A stretch of DNA of 64,000 nucleotides from Mesotaenium endlicherianum (lineage: Eukaryota). The translations under genes were made by a program, and so were the position numbers. Where the stretch lies: assembly GCA_009602735.1 (NCBI GenBank), contig WELA01003621.1:1-64000 (forward strand), in the 5' to 3' direction. A model generated the notes under the pieces. The model did no database searches. It had not been told where the DNA came from and worked only from the letters and a program-made list of their open reading frames with translations. This document shows, one piece after another, positions 39,813 to 48,423 of the stretch (its first letter is position 1; each line of letters opens with the position of its first letter).

Positions 39813-41144
39813 ATGAAAAAAGAAGGAAAAAATAATGTTTCCCGCCGGGCATTTGTGGGTAACACTGCAAAAGCATTGGTAGGTTTTATGATCCTCCCGC
39901 GACATGTATTGGGCGGAAAAAGTCAAACAGGATTACTTTATACTGCTCCAAGCGATATGATCAACCTGGGGTTGATCGGTGGAGGTAAGCAAGGCAAAAT
40001 ATTGTCTTCTTATTTTCTGAAGACAGAACAGGTTCGTTTTGTGGCATTGAGTGAAGTGTACAAAGCCAAAGCCGATCTCACGCTTAAGCAAATAAAAGAC
40101 ACCTATGTTAAGATGCCTCAACTGGGCAATTATGCCGATATAGCAGTGTACAATGATTTCAGGGAATTGCTGGCCCGTAAAGAGGTGGATGCGGTGGTGA
40201 TTGCTACGCCCGATCACTGGCATGCATCGATGGCAGTGCGCGCAGCTGAAGCCGGGAAAGATATTTATTGCGAGAAACCAATGGCGCTTACCGTAAAGGA
40301 AGGAAGGGCCATGGTCAACGCCGCCCGTAAATACAACCGTGTGTTTCAAACAGGAAGCATGCAGCGCTCCTGGTCTGAATTCAGGCAAACGGCAGAACTC
40401 ATCCGTAATGGATATATCGGGCAGATCAAATCGGTAAAAGTGAATGTGGGTCCTCCGCCAAAGCCTTACGATCTTCCTGCAGAACCAATACCGGATGGAC
40501 TGGACTGGAGCAAATGGCTGGGACCGAATGCAACGCCCTCTGTTTTCAATGCAGAATTAGCGCCTCCTGTAACCAAAGACGTATATCCCAACTGGCGCAA
40601 TTACCGCGAATTTGGTGGTGGTATGGTAACCGATTGGGGTGCACACATGTTTGATATTGTACAATGGGCGCTGGACATGGATCATAGTGGCCCGGTAGAA
40701 GTCATTGCACCCGATGACGGGGAGCATCCATTCCTTACTTATAAGTATGCAGGCGGCATCACCATGACACATGAAAAATGGGAATGGGACAATGCCATTC
40801 ATTTTATCGGTACCGAAGGAGAGATCAAAGTTCAACGCGGTAAGCTGGAAACAAATCCTGCTTCGCTGAAAGACCGGGTGATCGGCGCTTCGGAGAAGCA
40901 GGTGTATCATAGCACAGATCATTACAAAGACTTTCTGGATGCCATGCGCAAAAGAACCAAACCTATCTGTGATGTGGAGATCGGACAACGCACTGCATCC
41001 GTATGTAATATCGGCAACATCGCCTATCGTCTTAACCGCAGACTCATCTGGGATCCGGCGAAGGAACAATTCAAGAATGATACCGAGGCCAATACATTAC
41101 TGGGAAGGAAGATGAATAAAGAGTGGGGAATACATATTGCATAA
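39813..41144 (+). CDS. Tat-exported Gfo/Idh/MocA oxidoreductase
   Basis: SRRAFV twin-arginine signal, IATPDHWH, YCEKP, GSMQRS, DWGAHMFD. Confidence 0.92.
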   Translation: MKKEGKNNVSRRAFVGNTAKALVGFMILPRHVLGGKSQTGLLYTAPSDMINLGLIGGGKQGKILSSYFLKTEQVRFVALSEVYKAKADLTLKQIKDTYVKMPQLGNYADIAVYNDFRELLARKEVDAVVIATPDHWHASMAVRAAEAGKDIYCEKPMALTVKEGRAMVNAARKYNRVFQTGSMQRSWSEFRQTAELIRNGYIGQIKSVKVNVGPPPKPYDLPAEPIPDGLDWSKWLGPNATPSVFNAELAPPVTKDVYPNWRNYREFGGGMVTDWGAHMFDIVQWALDMDHSGPVEVIAPDDGEHPFLTYKYAGGITMTHEKWEWDNAIHFIGTEGEIKVQRGKLETNPASLKDRVIGASEKQVYHSTDHYKDFLDAMRKRTKPICDVEIGQRTASVCNIGNIAYRLNRRLIWDPAKEQFKNDTEANTLLGRKMNKEWGIHIA

Positions 41145-41158
41145 ACGTCGATTGGCTA

Positions 41159-41497
41159 TTATAAATCCAATACGATAGCAATATTTCGTTTCAACTCATC
41201 AACCTGATGTGGGGTAAGTCTCCCTAATTTTTGGATCAATCGCTTATTATCAATGGACCGGATTTGATCTATCAGTACATCGCTCAACTTGTCCAACTGA
41301 CCCTTTTTAAGATGTACTCTTAACAACTCAAGTTCCGGCTGCACATTGGTTGTAACAGGGCAAATAAGAGTAGATAAATGCGTGCCATTTAATAAATCGG
41401 TTTGAATAATTACAACAGGGCGCACTTTTCCCGCTTCCGTACCCTTTGACGGGTTCAGGTCTGCAAGCCAAATGTCGTATTGTTTAATCTTTATCAC
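41159..41497 (-). CDS. mazF: Type II toxin, PemK/MazF family
   Basis: IWLADLNPSKGTEAGKVRPVVIIQ, CPVTT, DQIRSIDNKRL. Confidence 0.92.
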   Translation of the reverse strand: MIKIKQYDIWLADLNPSKGTEAGKVRPVVIIQTDLLNGTHLSTLICPVTTNVQPELELLRVHLKKGQLDKLSDVLIDQIRSIDNKRLIQKLGRLTPHQVDELKRNIAIVLDL

Positions 41498-41714
41498 TCA
41501 ATTTTTCAAATTCCCGTAAGATACTTAAAGAGTCTTTGGCTGCTGTTTTCGATTCTTTTGCAAGTTTTTTCTTTAATAGCTTTCTTTTATTAAAGAGATT
41601 ATAAAGACTTACTGCATCGTTGATATAACGATTCCTTGCCAGTTTAAGCTCGAAAGTGATTTTCTCAGTTTCATCAAATATTTCGTCATCCAATTTGAGA
41701 GAAAGCGTTTTCAT
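41484..41714 (-). CDS. Cognate antitoxin (ribbon-helix-helix-like)
   Basis: 76 aa directly upstream of and overlapping mazF; N-terminal KTLSLKLDD strand then RNRYINDAV helix. Confidence 0.8.
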   Translation of the reverse strand: MKTLSLKLDDEIFDETEKITFELKLARNRYINDAVSLYNLFNKRKLLKKKLAKESKTAAKDSLSILREFEKLSDKD

Positions 41715-41734
41715 AGTATAACCTTTTTCTAAAG

Positions 41735-41755
41735 GTATATACTATTTGTATATAC
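41735..41755. promoter_or_regulatory. TA operator candidate: two GTATATAC palindromes
   Basis: GTATATAC at 41735-41742 and 41748-41755, just upstream of the antitoxin ATG. Confidence 0.6.
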
Positions 41756-41903
41756 TCAAAATTATTACTCACATCAGAAAAATGATATACCATCCCTTTC
41801 AATTTCTTCAGAAATGAAGGTATTCTTTTCTACAAGATTGCTGGTACGCACAAATACGTAATCTGCGCCATCTGCTACCCATTTTATAGAGCACAGTTGA
41901 CTC

Positions 41904-42023
41904 CTATAAACCCGATATGATCATGCAGTTGCTTCCTGATTTTTGGATTAATCGTTTATTATCAATGGATCGAATTTGATCTACCAGTACATCGCTTAAT
42001 TTGTCCAGCTGATCCTTTTTGAT
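41904..42023 (-). pseudogene. Fragment of a second mazF copy
   Basis: Translates IKKDQLDKLSDVLVDQIRSIDNKRLIQKSG..., near-identical to LKKGQLDKLSDVLIDQIRSIDNKRLIQKLG in the intact toxin; no 5' half. Confidence 0.88.
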
Positions 42024-43890
42024 TTAATTAAATGTCAGATTCTGCCACATGGAGAAATAATTACCCCTCAAATTAATTAAATCAGCATGTGTTCCTTGTT
42101 CGACAAGCCTCCCTTCCCACAATAAAAGGATTTGATCAGCATTTCGAATAGTAGAAAGTCTGTGAGCTATAATAATGATTGTTTTGCCTTGTTGTTTATA
42201 CCATTCTAATGTCGCCTGTACCTTTTCTTCACTTATAGGGTCCAAAGAAGAAGTTGCCTCATCTAAAATTAAAATTTCAGGGTTTCGATATATTGCTCGC
42301 GCAATAGCTAAACGCTGACGCTGTCCTCCCGAAAGGTCAGCTCCATTTTCATTTAAAATTGTTCCATACGTTGCAGGGAGTTTCTCAACAAAATCTTGAA
42401 TACCAAGCAAGTGTGATAAAGCTAAAATTCTCTGCATGTCCGGTTCGAAGTCACCAACTGCTATGTTTTCAATAATAGTTCCTGCAAATAAATCAACTTG
42501 TTGTGGCACTACTGCAATTCTCTCACGCAAACTTCTATTATTAATATATCTAAGGTCATTTCCTCCAATAGTAATATGCCCTTCTTTGGGTTGATATAAA
42601 TTTTGCAATAAAGAGAGTAGTGTTGACTTGCCGCTACCACTTTCACCCATAATTGCTGTTGTCAGCCCTTTTTTTATAACCAGATTAAGTTCTTCAAAAA
42701 CAACATTTCGGGTTCCATATCTAAAACTTACATTTGTAAATTTTATATCTCCGATAAGCTCTGGAGTCAAGTCTATTTTAGATTCATTCGAGGATTCTGT
42801 TTCTAGGTCTATAATCTCAAATAAACGATCTGCAGCAATAAGTGCTTCTTGCATATTCTTATTTGCACTGATAAGAGAAGCTGCTGGTCCTGTAAAATAT
42901 CCGATTAAAGCATAAAACGACAATAACTCCCCTGGAGTAAGTTCACGGTTAATTACATAGTAACAGCCCATCCAAAGAATTATAATTGTAAAAATCTTGG
43001 TCACAAAGTCAGATGTTGTACCAAGATATATGCCTTTTATACTGCTTTTGTAGATACTTTGCAAAAGAGTAGTGAATTTGTTTTCTGTTTTGATATTGGC
43101 GTGAGATTCCAACCCAAATCGTTTGATTGTTCCTATAGCATTTAAGCTTTCTACTAGCTGAGTCTCCAGATCGGCACTATTCTCCATCAGCGTTCTTTGC
43201 CATTTTTTATTAACCTTATTACTAATCCAATAAATTAATAAATAAATTGGGATTATTGTGGTAATAATAATTGCAAGTTTCCAATAATAAAAAAACATTA
43301 AGCAAACAGAAAAACTAACAATTAAACAATTCACGATTATATTCGACGCTATATCATTGATAAATATCCTGATCTTGACTGCATCATTTACGCGACTAAT
43401 AATTTCGCCAACTCTCATCGTATCAAAAAAACGCTGAGGGAGTTGTAATAAATGTTTATAATATCCTAAAATAAGTCTGGCATCTATATATTGCCCTGTC
43501 TGAAGGCCGAGTATTGTTTTAAAACAACCAATGAACATTTGAAATAACAATAAAAATATCATCGTGACACTCAATAAATTTAACAACCGGTGGTTGCCTT
43601 CTGGAATTACAAAGTCTATGATTTTTTGCACATAAACTGAGGTGGCTAAACCCATAATTGTGTAAACAATAGCACCTAATAATGCCTGAAACATAATACC
43701 CTTGTGTGGCTGAATAAGCTGCCAAAACCTAATAGAATTAGTAGTTACGGAGTTTGTTTTTGTAAAGTCTTCTTCGGGCAGTAATAAAATAATTATTCCT
43801 GACCATTCATTTAAAAAATCTTCGGTTGTTTTCTTATAGATGCTTCCATCAGCCGGGTCCATAATAGTAATATACTTCTTTGAAGCCTTT
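42024..43890 (-). pseudogene. Peptidase-containing ABC transporter (PCAT, bacteriocin exporter), 5'-truncated
   Basis: TMD and NBD intact (GESGSGKST, LSGGQRQR, ILILDE); frame begins after a TAA at KASKKYITIMDPADG, the tail of a C39 domain; catalytic Cys/His region absent. Confidence 0.82.
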
Positions 43891-43922
43891 TAGGTTTAAT
43901 TCCTGTTTCATAGCATTCTGTT

Positions 43923-44111
43923 TTATGTGTTATTATTTTTTTTTATTACTAGCATTATGAAAAAGATAATCATTGCAACTCTAAATACAATAAGTAATAT
44001 CTTAGTTGATATTGCATAATTGCTGTTTTGAAAAACTTGGTACAATGAATATCCGTTATCTATTGCTAGTAGAAAGAAAATGAATCGTAATAAAGTGCTT
44101 GAAGTCTTCAT
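43923..44111 (-). CDS. Small two-TM membrane protein (candidate immunity protein)
   Basis: 62 aa, two hydrophobic helices, basic C-terminus, directly after the GG-leader peptide gene. Confidence 0.6.
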   Translation of the reverse strand: MKTSSTLLRFIFFLLAIDNGYSLYQVFQNSNYAISTKILLIVFRVAMIIFFIMLVIKKNNNT

Positions 44112-44150
44112 TAAAACATAGTTTTAAAATAACCTACATCGAAAAATAAT

Positions 44151-44369
44151 TTAATTTCTCGGTTGATATGCATTCCAACCATCAACTATGCCTCTGCCTA
44201 ATGAATATGCAGTATCTATTGCTGCTGCTGCTAAAATAGTACCGACCGTACCTGTTGTTAGCACAGCGGCAACTTTAGTCCAGAAGCTTCCTCCGTTTGT
44301 TGTTATCAATTCATTTTCGGAAAGAGCAGTAAGCTCCATTCTTTTCAAATCAATACTTTGCTGTTTCAT
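44151..44369 (-). CDS. Double-glycine-leader peptide precursor (class II bacteriocin-like)
   Basis: Leader ends ALSENELITTNGG (LSxxELxxIxGG type); 45-aa hydrophobic Gly/Ala/Thr-rich core; PCAT gene downstream. Confidence 0.85.
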   Translation of the reverse strand: MKQQSIDLKRMELTALSENELITTNGGSFWTKVAAVLTTGTVGTILAAAAIDTAYSLGRGIVDGWNAYQPRN

Positions 44370-44386
44370 AAAATTTAGTGTTTAAA

Positions 44387-44437
44387 AATTTCCTACTTAT
44401 TCGCAATCAGCATGGGTTTCGGAAAATAATACCCATA
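44387..44437 (-). ncRNA. Candidate structured RNA (stem + pseudoknot/E-loop) in the 5' region of the peptide operon
   Basis: AUGGGU/ACCCAU stem; loop UUUCC-GAA can pair with downstream AGUA-GGAAA. Confidence 0.4.
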
Positions 44438-44778
44438 TCAATATTTGGCCAAAATTGATTATTTTACTTTTGTGTTTTCATAAAATACATGGATAATTCT
44501 GTTGAATTAATTTTCAGTTTTATACAATAAATACTGCTATTGGCAATTAGCCAAACAAAACAATTTGTTTAATTGTATTAATACTACTTAGAGAACTAAA
44601 ATCGTTAAACCGGAACGCATATATCAAACCAAACTTACTATGGGGGGGAGATATAATTAATATGGTTTGAAAAACAATACTAATCTATAATAAAAAAATT
44701 ATATTGCCAAATTTAATTGACTAAATTAATATTTAATCTTAACAGAACAATTAAAGCATTGATTTACAAGAAATATAC

Positions 44779-45669
44779 TTAAGCTGTTTCTCCGTACAAC
44801 AATACCTGCCAGGCGGCGGCAATGTTTCCCTCATTCAATAATGCCCCGGCATAGCGATGCAATTCTTTTTCCATCTCCTGTGGGTTCACGGCATAATATT
44901 GTACAATCTCTTTCAAGCGGTCATCGGAAAAAACAGGATCTATTTCGGGTAGTGTATGCACATTCGCCAGCATGCCCAGGTGGTTACCTGTTAAAAAACT
45001 ACTGTTTCGTATTCCCGGAGGCAGGTTATCGATACCTATTCCCAATTCTGTATTGGGCTTGGGCACTTTGAACAGGTTGGTTTCATCTACCCGGCAATAC
45101 CAATCGCCTCCCAAACGCGCTACCAGCTTCAGTTTGCGCTGGTCGATCTTTCCATCTTCATCCAATATACTTTCATCAACGTGCATGCACAGCACTTCAG
45201 CTATCACCAGTTGCCCGGCCCCGCCCTGCTCGCCCAGGCTTTTCACTTCCTGCACTTTGCATTCCAGTTTTACTTTGGCTTCCTTTACCATGGGTGGTTT
45301 TACCAAAGTAGCAGGTGTTTTCTGAAAACCCGCTTTGATGAATTCATCTACTCCTTTAGCATATTCGCAACTGGATAAACTGGTTTGCTGTACCATGTCG
45401 TAATCCACGATGTTGATTACGCACTCGGGCACTTCCAGTATATGCTGTAAAGTGTGTTTGGTAGTATTATTCCGCGCCCTTCTCGAAGGAGAAAAAATAA
45501 CAACTGCGGGATTGGTAGAAAAAAGATTGAAAAAACTAAAGGGACTCAGGTTTACATTACCCGAAGCATCTATCGTGCTTGCAAAACAAATAGGTCTCGG
45601 TGCGATGGCTACCTGTAACCACCGTTGCCTTTCCATCAGCGGTAAAGACTCAATATTGATTGTTATCAT
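44779..45669 (-). CDS. Flavin reductase family protein (DIM6/NTAB)
   Basis: IAPRPICFAST, NLSPFSFFN, KHT, LECKV, VARLGGDWY. Confidence 0.92.
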   Translation of the reverse strand: MITINIESLPLMERQRWLQVAIAPRPICFASTIDASGNVNLSPFSFFNLFSTNPAVVIFSPSRRARNNTTKHTLQHILEVPECVINIVDYDMVQQTSLSSCEYAKGVDEFIKAGFQKTPATLVKPPMVKEAKVKLECKVQEVKSLGEQGGAGQLVIAEVLCMHVDESILDEDGKIDQRKLKLVARLGGDWYCRVDETNLFKVPKPNTELGIGIDNLPPGIRNSSFLTGNHLGMLANVHTLPEIDPVFSDDRLKEIVQYYAVNPQEMEKELHRYAGALLNEGNIAAAWQVLLYGETA

Positions 45670-45670
45670 A

Positions 45671-46330
45671 TCAGTTCCAGCTAGCCAGTACGGTAACGCC
45701 GCCTTTCACCACCTGGTTCAGTTGCACTTCTACTTTGGCATCAAGGGGTAATAAAACATCTACGCGGCTGCCGAATTTGATGAAGCCGTATTCGTCGCCC
45801 TGTTTTACCTGCTGTCCCACACCGGTATAATTACAGATCCGCTTGGCCAGTGCACCGGCAATCTGTTTATACAGGATAGCACCGTGGTGATTATTCACCA
45901 CTACACTCCATCGTTCATTCTCGGTAGACGATTTAGGATGCCAGGCCACGAGGTATTTCCCTTTATGGTATTGGTTATAGATCACTTCTCCGCTCATAGG
46001 ATTGCGGTTCACATGCACATTGGCGGGGCTCATGAAAATGCTTACCTGTATGCGTTTGTCTTTAAAATATTCCTGGTCAGTTACTTCTTCAATGACCACT
46101 ACTTTGCCATCAGCGGGACAAATCACCTGGTTTTCATTGATGGTCAGTTGACGGTTAGGTATGCGGAAAAAAGAAATGATGAAAAGAAAAAGCGCCAATG
46201 AAACCACAAAAATGAGTATGGCCAACCAGGGTATATGTGCGCTTAAAAAACTGAAAGAGACCAGGTTCAACAACCCGAAAATGAGCGCCGTAATGCCGAT
46301 GGTCTTGTATCCTTCTCTATGAATGGTCAT
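45671..46330 (-). CDS. psd: Phosphatidylserine decarboxylase proenzyme
   Basis: FFRIPNR, PADGKV, SIFMSPANVHVNR, QIAGALAKRI, GFIKFGSRVD cleavage motif. Confidence 0.95.
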   Translation of the reverse strand: MTIHREGYKTIGITALIFGLLNLVSFSFLSAHIPWLAILIFVVSLALFLFIISFFRIPNRQLTINENQVICPADGKVVVIEEVTDQEYFKDKRIQVSIFMSPANVHVNRNPMSGEVIYNQYHKGKYLVAWHPKSSTENERWSVVVNNHHGAILYKQIAGALAKRICNYTGVGQQVKQGDEYGFIKFGSRVDVLLPLDAKVEVQLNQVVKGGVTVLASWN

Positions 46331-46358
46331 TGGGAACGTATTGAACGGCAAATGTAGG

Positions 46359-47222
46359 TTAAAGAATCAGTTTCACCACCAGCCAAACGAGAGGCGTGGC
46401 CAGCAGTAATGAATCGAACCTGTCGAGAAAGCCGCCGTGTCCGGGCATAATACTGCCACTATCTTTAACACCTGCCAGCCTTTTCAGTTTACTTTCCAGC
46501 AAATCTCCTGCCGTACCTGTAACGGCCGCCACTGCCGATATCCATAGAAGCGGTTTCCAATCGAGTCCGCAGGTATAATGTCCCAGGCAGGCAATGGCCA
46601 CAACGGCCAGCAACGCTCCTCCCAAGGTTCCTTCCCAGGTTTTTTTGGGTGAAATGGAAGAAAAAGGGGTTCTTCCAATGAAAGAGCCCACGATATAAGC
46701 CATGGTATCATTGACCCAGATGGAAGTGATGATCACCACCGGCAGGAGCCATCCGTGGGAGCCCAGTACATCGTAAGCTATCAACCCGCGCAATTGAATC
46801 ATCAACGCCCAGCTCAGCGATATATAAATCAATCCCGCCAGCGAATACGCTATCAATTTGGGATTCAGTTGCTTCTTAAATACGATCTCTGCCGCCAGGA
46901 AAACAGTACTCGCTACGAGGAAAATCGCACGGCCCCATTCGTGTATCACTTTCCCGCCGGTATTGAATGTATCATCCGCCATCCACAACATCAATGACCA
47001 GCCAATGATCATGATACTGTATTTGTGTAAAGGCGTGATGCTCCCGTAAACCGGGTCGATCTGTGCCACCAATCGCTGGTATTCTGTCCAGCAACCGAAA
47101 TGGATCACACTGAAAAGCAACAGGAAACTCCATTGATTCCACAAGAGACCCGCCAGCATGATCACTACAAATACCACTGCTGTCAGTGCACGGGTTTTAA
47201 AGGTTTCTATATTCAAAGCCAT
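46359..47222 (-). CDS. cdsA: Phosphatidate cytidylyltransferase
   Basis: NDTMAY, ISPKKTWEG, GDLLESKLKR..GVKDSG.IMPGHGGFLDRFDS. Confidence 0.96.
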   Translation of the reverse strand: MALNIETFKTRALTAVVFVVIMLAGLLWNQWSFLLLFSVIHFGCWTEYQRLVAQIDPVYGSITPLHKYSIMIIGWSLMLWMADDTFNTGGKVIHEWGRAIFLVASTVFLAAEIVFKKQLNPKLIAYSLAGLIYISLSWALMIQLRGLIAYDVLGSHGWLLPVVIITSIWVNDTMAYIVGSFIGRTPFSSISPKKTWEGTLGGALLAVVAIACLGHYTCGLDWKPLLWISAVAAVTGTAGDLLESKLKRLAGVKDSGSIMPGHGGFLDRFDSLLLATPLVWLVVKLIL

Positions 47223-47243
47223 CGCAATCCTGTCTTAATGATA

Positions 47244-47450
47244 TTAATTCAACATGCTTTTTTCAAGTAATTTTTTGGCCGTTTCTACCAGGTGTTCCGG
47301 AACATATATTTCAATATACCCGAACATGGGGTAACTGCTGTCCTGCTTATTCAGCAATTGAACCGGCACTTCGTTCTCTTCCAGCACACCTTGTATAATA
47401 CTCGCCTCGGCATAACTGGTGCGCGTTAATATTTTCTTCCAGGCTTTCAT
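47244..47450 (-). CDS. DUF2007 (putative signal-transducing) protein
   Basis: EASIIQGVLEENEVP..LNKQDSSY..GYIEIYV. Confidence 0.85.
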   Translation of the reverse strand: MKAWKKILTRTSYAEASIIQGVLEENEVPVQLLNKQDSSYPMFGYIEIYVPEHLVETAKKLLEKSMLN

Positions 47451-48385
47451 TGTTCTATACTATTTTCATCAGTTGCAACCGGTGATTGTGTAGCCAATAC
47501 TTTTCGGGTTTCTTTTTTGAAAAGCCTGAACAGTAAGAGCAATCCGGCTATTCCGAATAATCCTATCCACCAAATCGGCATATTCTCATCCATCGCTTTT
47601 TCGATAGATTGTCCGTGCTTTATATCCTGGTATATGCCCGTTACGATCAGTGCATTATTCAGAAAATGCAATAAAATATTGAGCCAGATATTTTTACCAT
47701 AATAAAAAATAAAACCCAGCACCATACCCAATGCAAGCCTGGGTAAAAATCCGAAATAAGAAATATGGATCACACTGAAGACAATGCTGGTGATGATGAT
47801 CCCGATCCATGCGTTTTTTGTCCAGCCAATAAATAATTGCTGAAATGTTCCTCGGAACAACACTTCTTCGAATATGGCAGGTGCAGTAGCCACGACCAAC
47901 AACACCAGCAGGTATTCTTTAAAATTTTTCATCATGGCCATAGACATCATGGTGCTTCTGTAAGCATCTTCCATAGCCCTGGCTTTGGCCATCCATGTTG
48001 CAGGTAGTGGAATACGCTGGTTCAGGTCTCCCAAAGCGCCACTCGTGATCATGGCTGCCAGTGTAAGTACCACTACTATTCCTATTTGTTTGCCATTCAT
48101 TAGCCGGTTGAACCCAAGGTAATCCAGCGGTTTGCGGCTGAGGATCCTTGCAAAAAGGAACGCCGGCATAAAAAACATAAAAAAAGTAGCCAATGTATTC
48201 AGCCATCGCGCCAGGTTCGCATTTTCTGATTTATTCAGTAATTCCGGCACCAGAGTCATGGAGACATTCAGGTTCGTACTGGCCAGCATGATGATTAAAA
48301 AAGAACCAATAACCGTGAATACCCCAATAAGGGCCAGTAAAATGACAAACTGTCTGCGGTAACTGATCGTTGGCTCTTGATTCAT
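47447..48385 (-). CDS. CPBP/Abi family intramembrane metalloprotease
   Basis: EEVLFRG, FSVIH, HFLNN. Confidence 0.92.
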   Translation of the reverse strand: MNQEPTISYRRQFVILLALIGVFTVIGSFLIIMLASTNLNVSMTLVPELLNKSENANLARWLNTLATFFMFFMPAFLFARILSRKPLDYLGFNRLMNGKQIGIVVVLTLAAMITSGALGDLNQRIPLPATWMAKARAMEDAYRSTMMSMAMMKNFKEYLLVLLVVATAPAIFEEVLFRGTFQQLFIGWTKNAWIGIIITSIVFSVIHISYFGFLPRLALGMVLGFIFYYGKNIWLNILLHFLNNALIVTGIYQDIKHGQSIEKAMDENMPIWWIGLFGIAGLLLLFRLFKKETRKVLATQSPVATDENSIEQ

Positions 48386-48423
48386 GCGGTTGGGAATAAG
48401 AACGTAAATTTGCGGGCTAAGAT

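Noticed and set aside
41785..41900. Short open stretch on the minus strand (..IKWVADGADYVFVRTSNLVEKNTFISEEIERDGISFF*)
   Set aside because: May be another gene fragment in the islet, but it has no start codon and no family I can recognise
44151..44369. Precursor as a lanthipeptide or other modified RiPP
   Set aside because: Core has no Cys, and no modifying enzyme is encoded in the window
41145..44778. Islet as an integrative or transposable element
   Set aside because: No integrase, transposase, tRNA target or flanking direct repeat seen; reported only as an AT-rich islet
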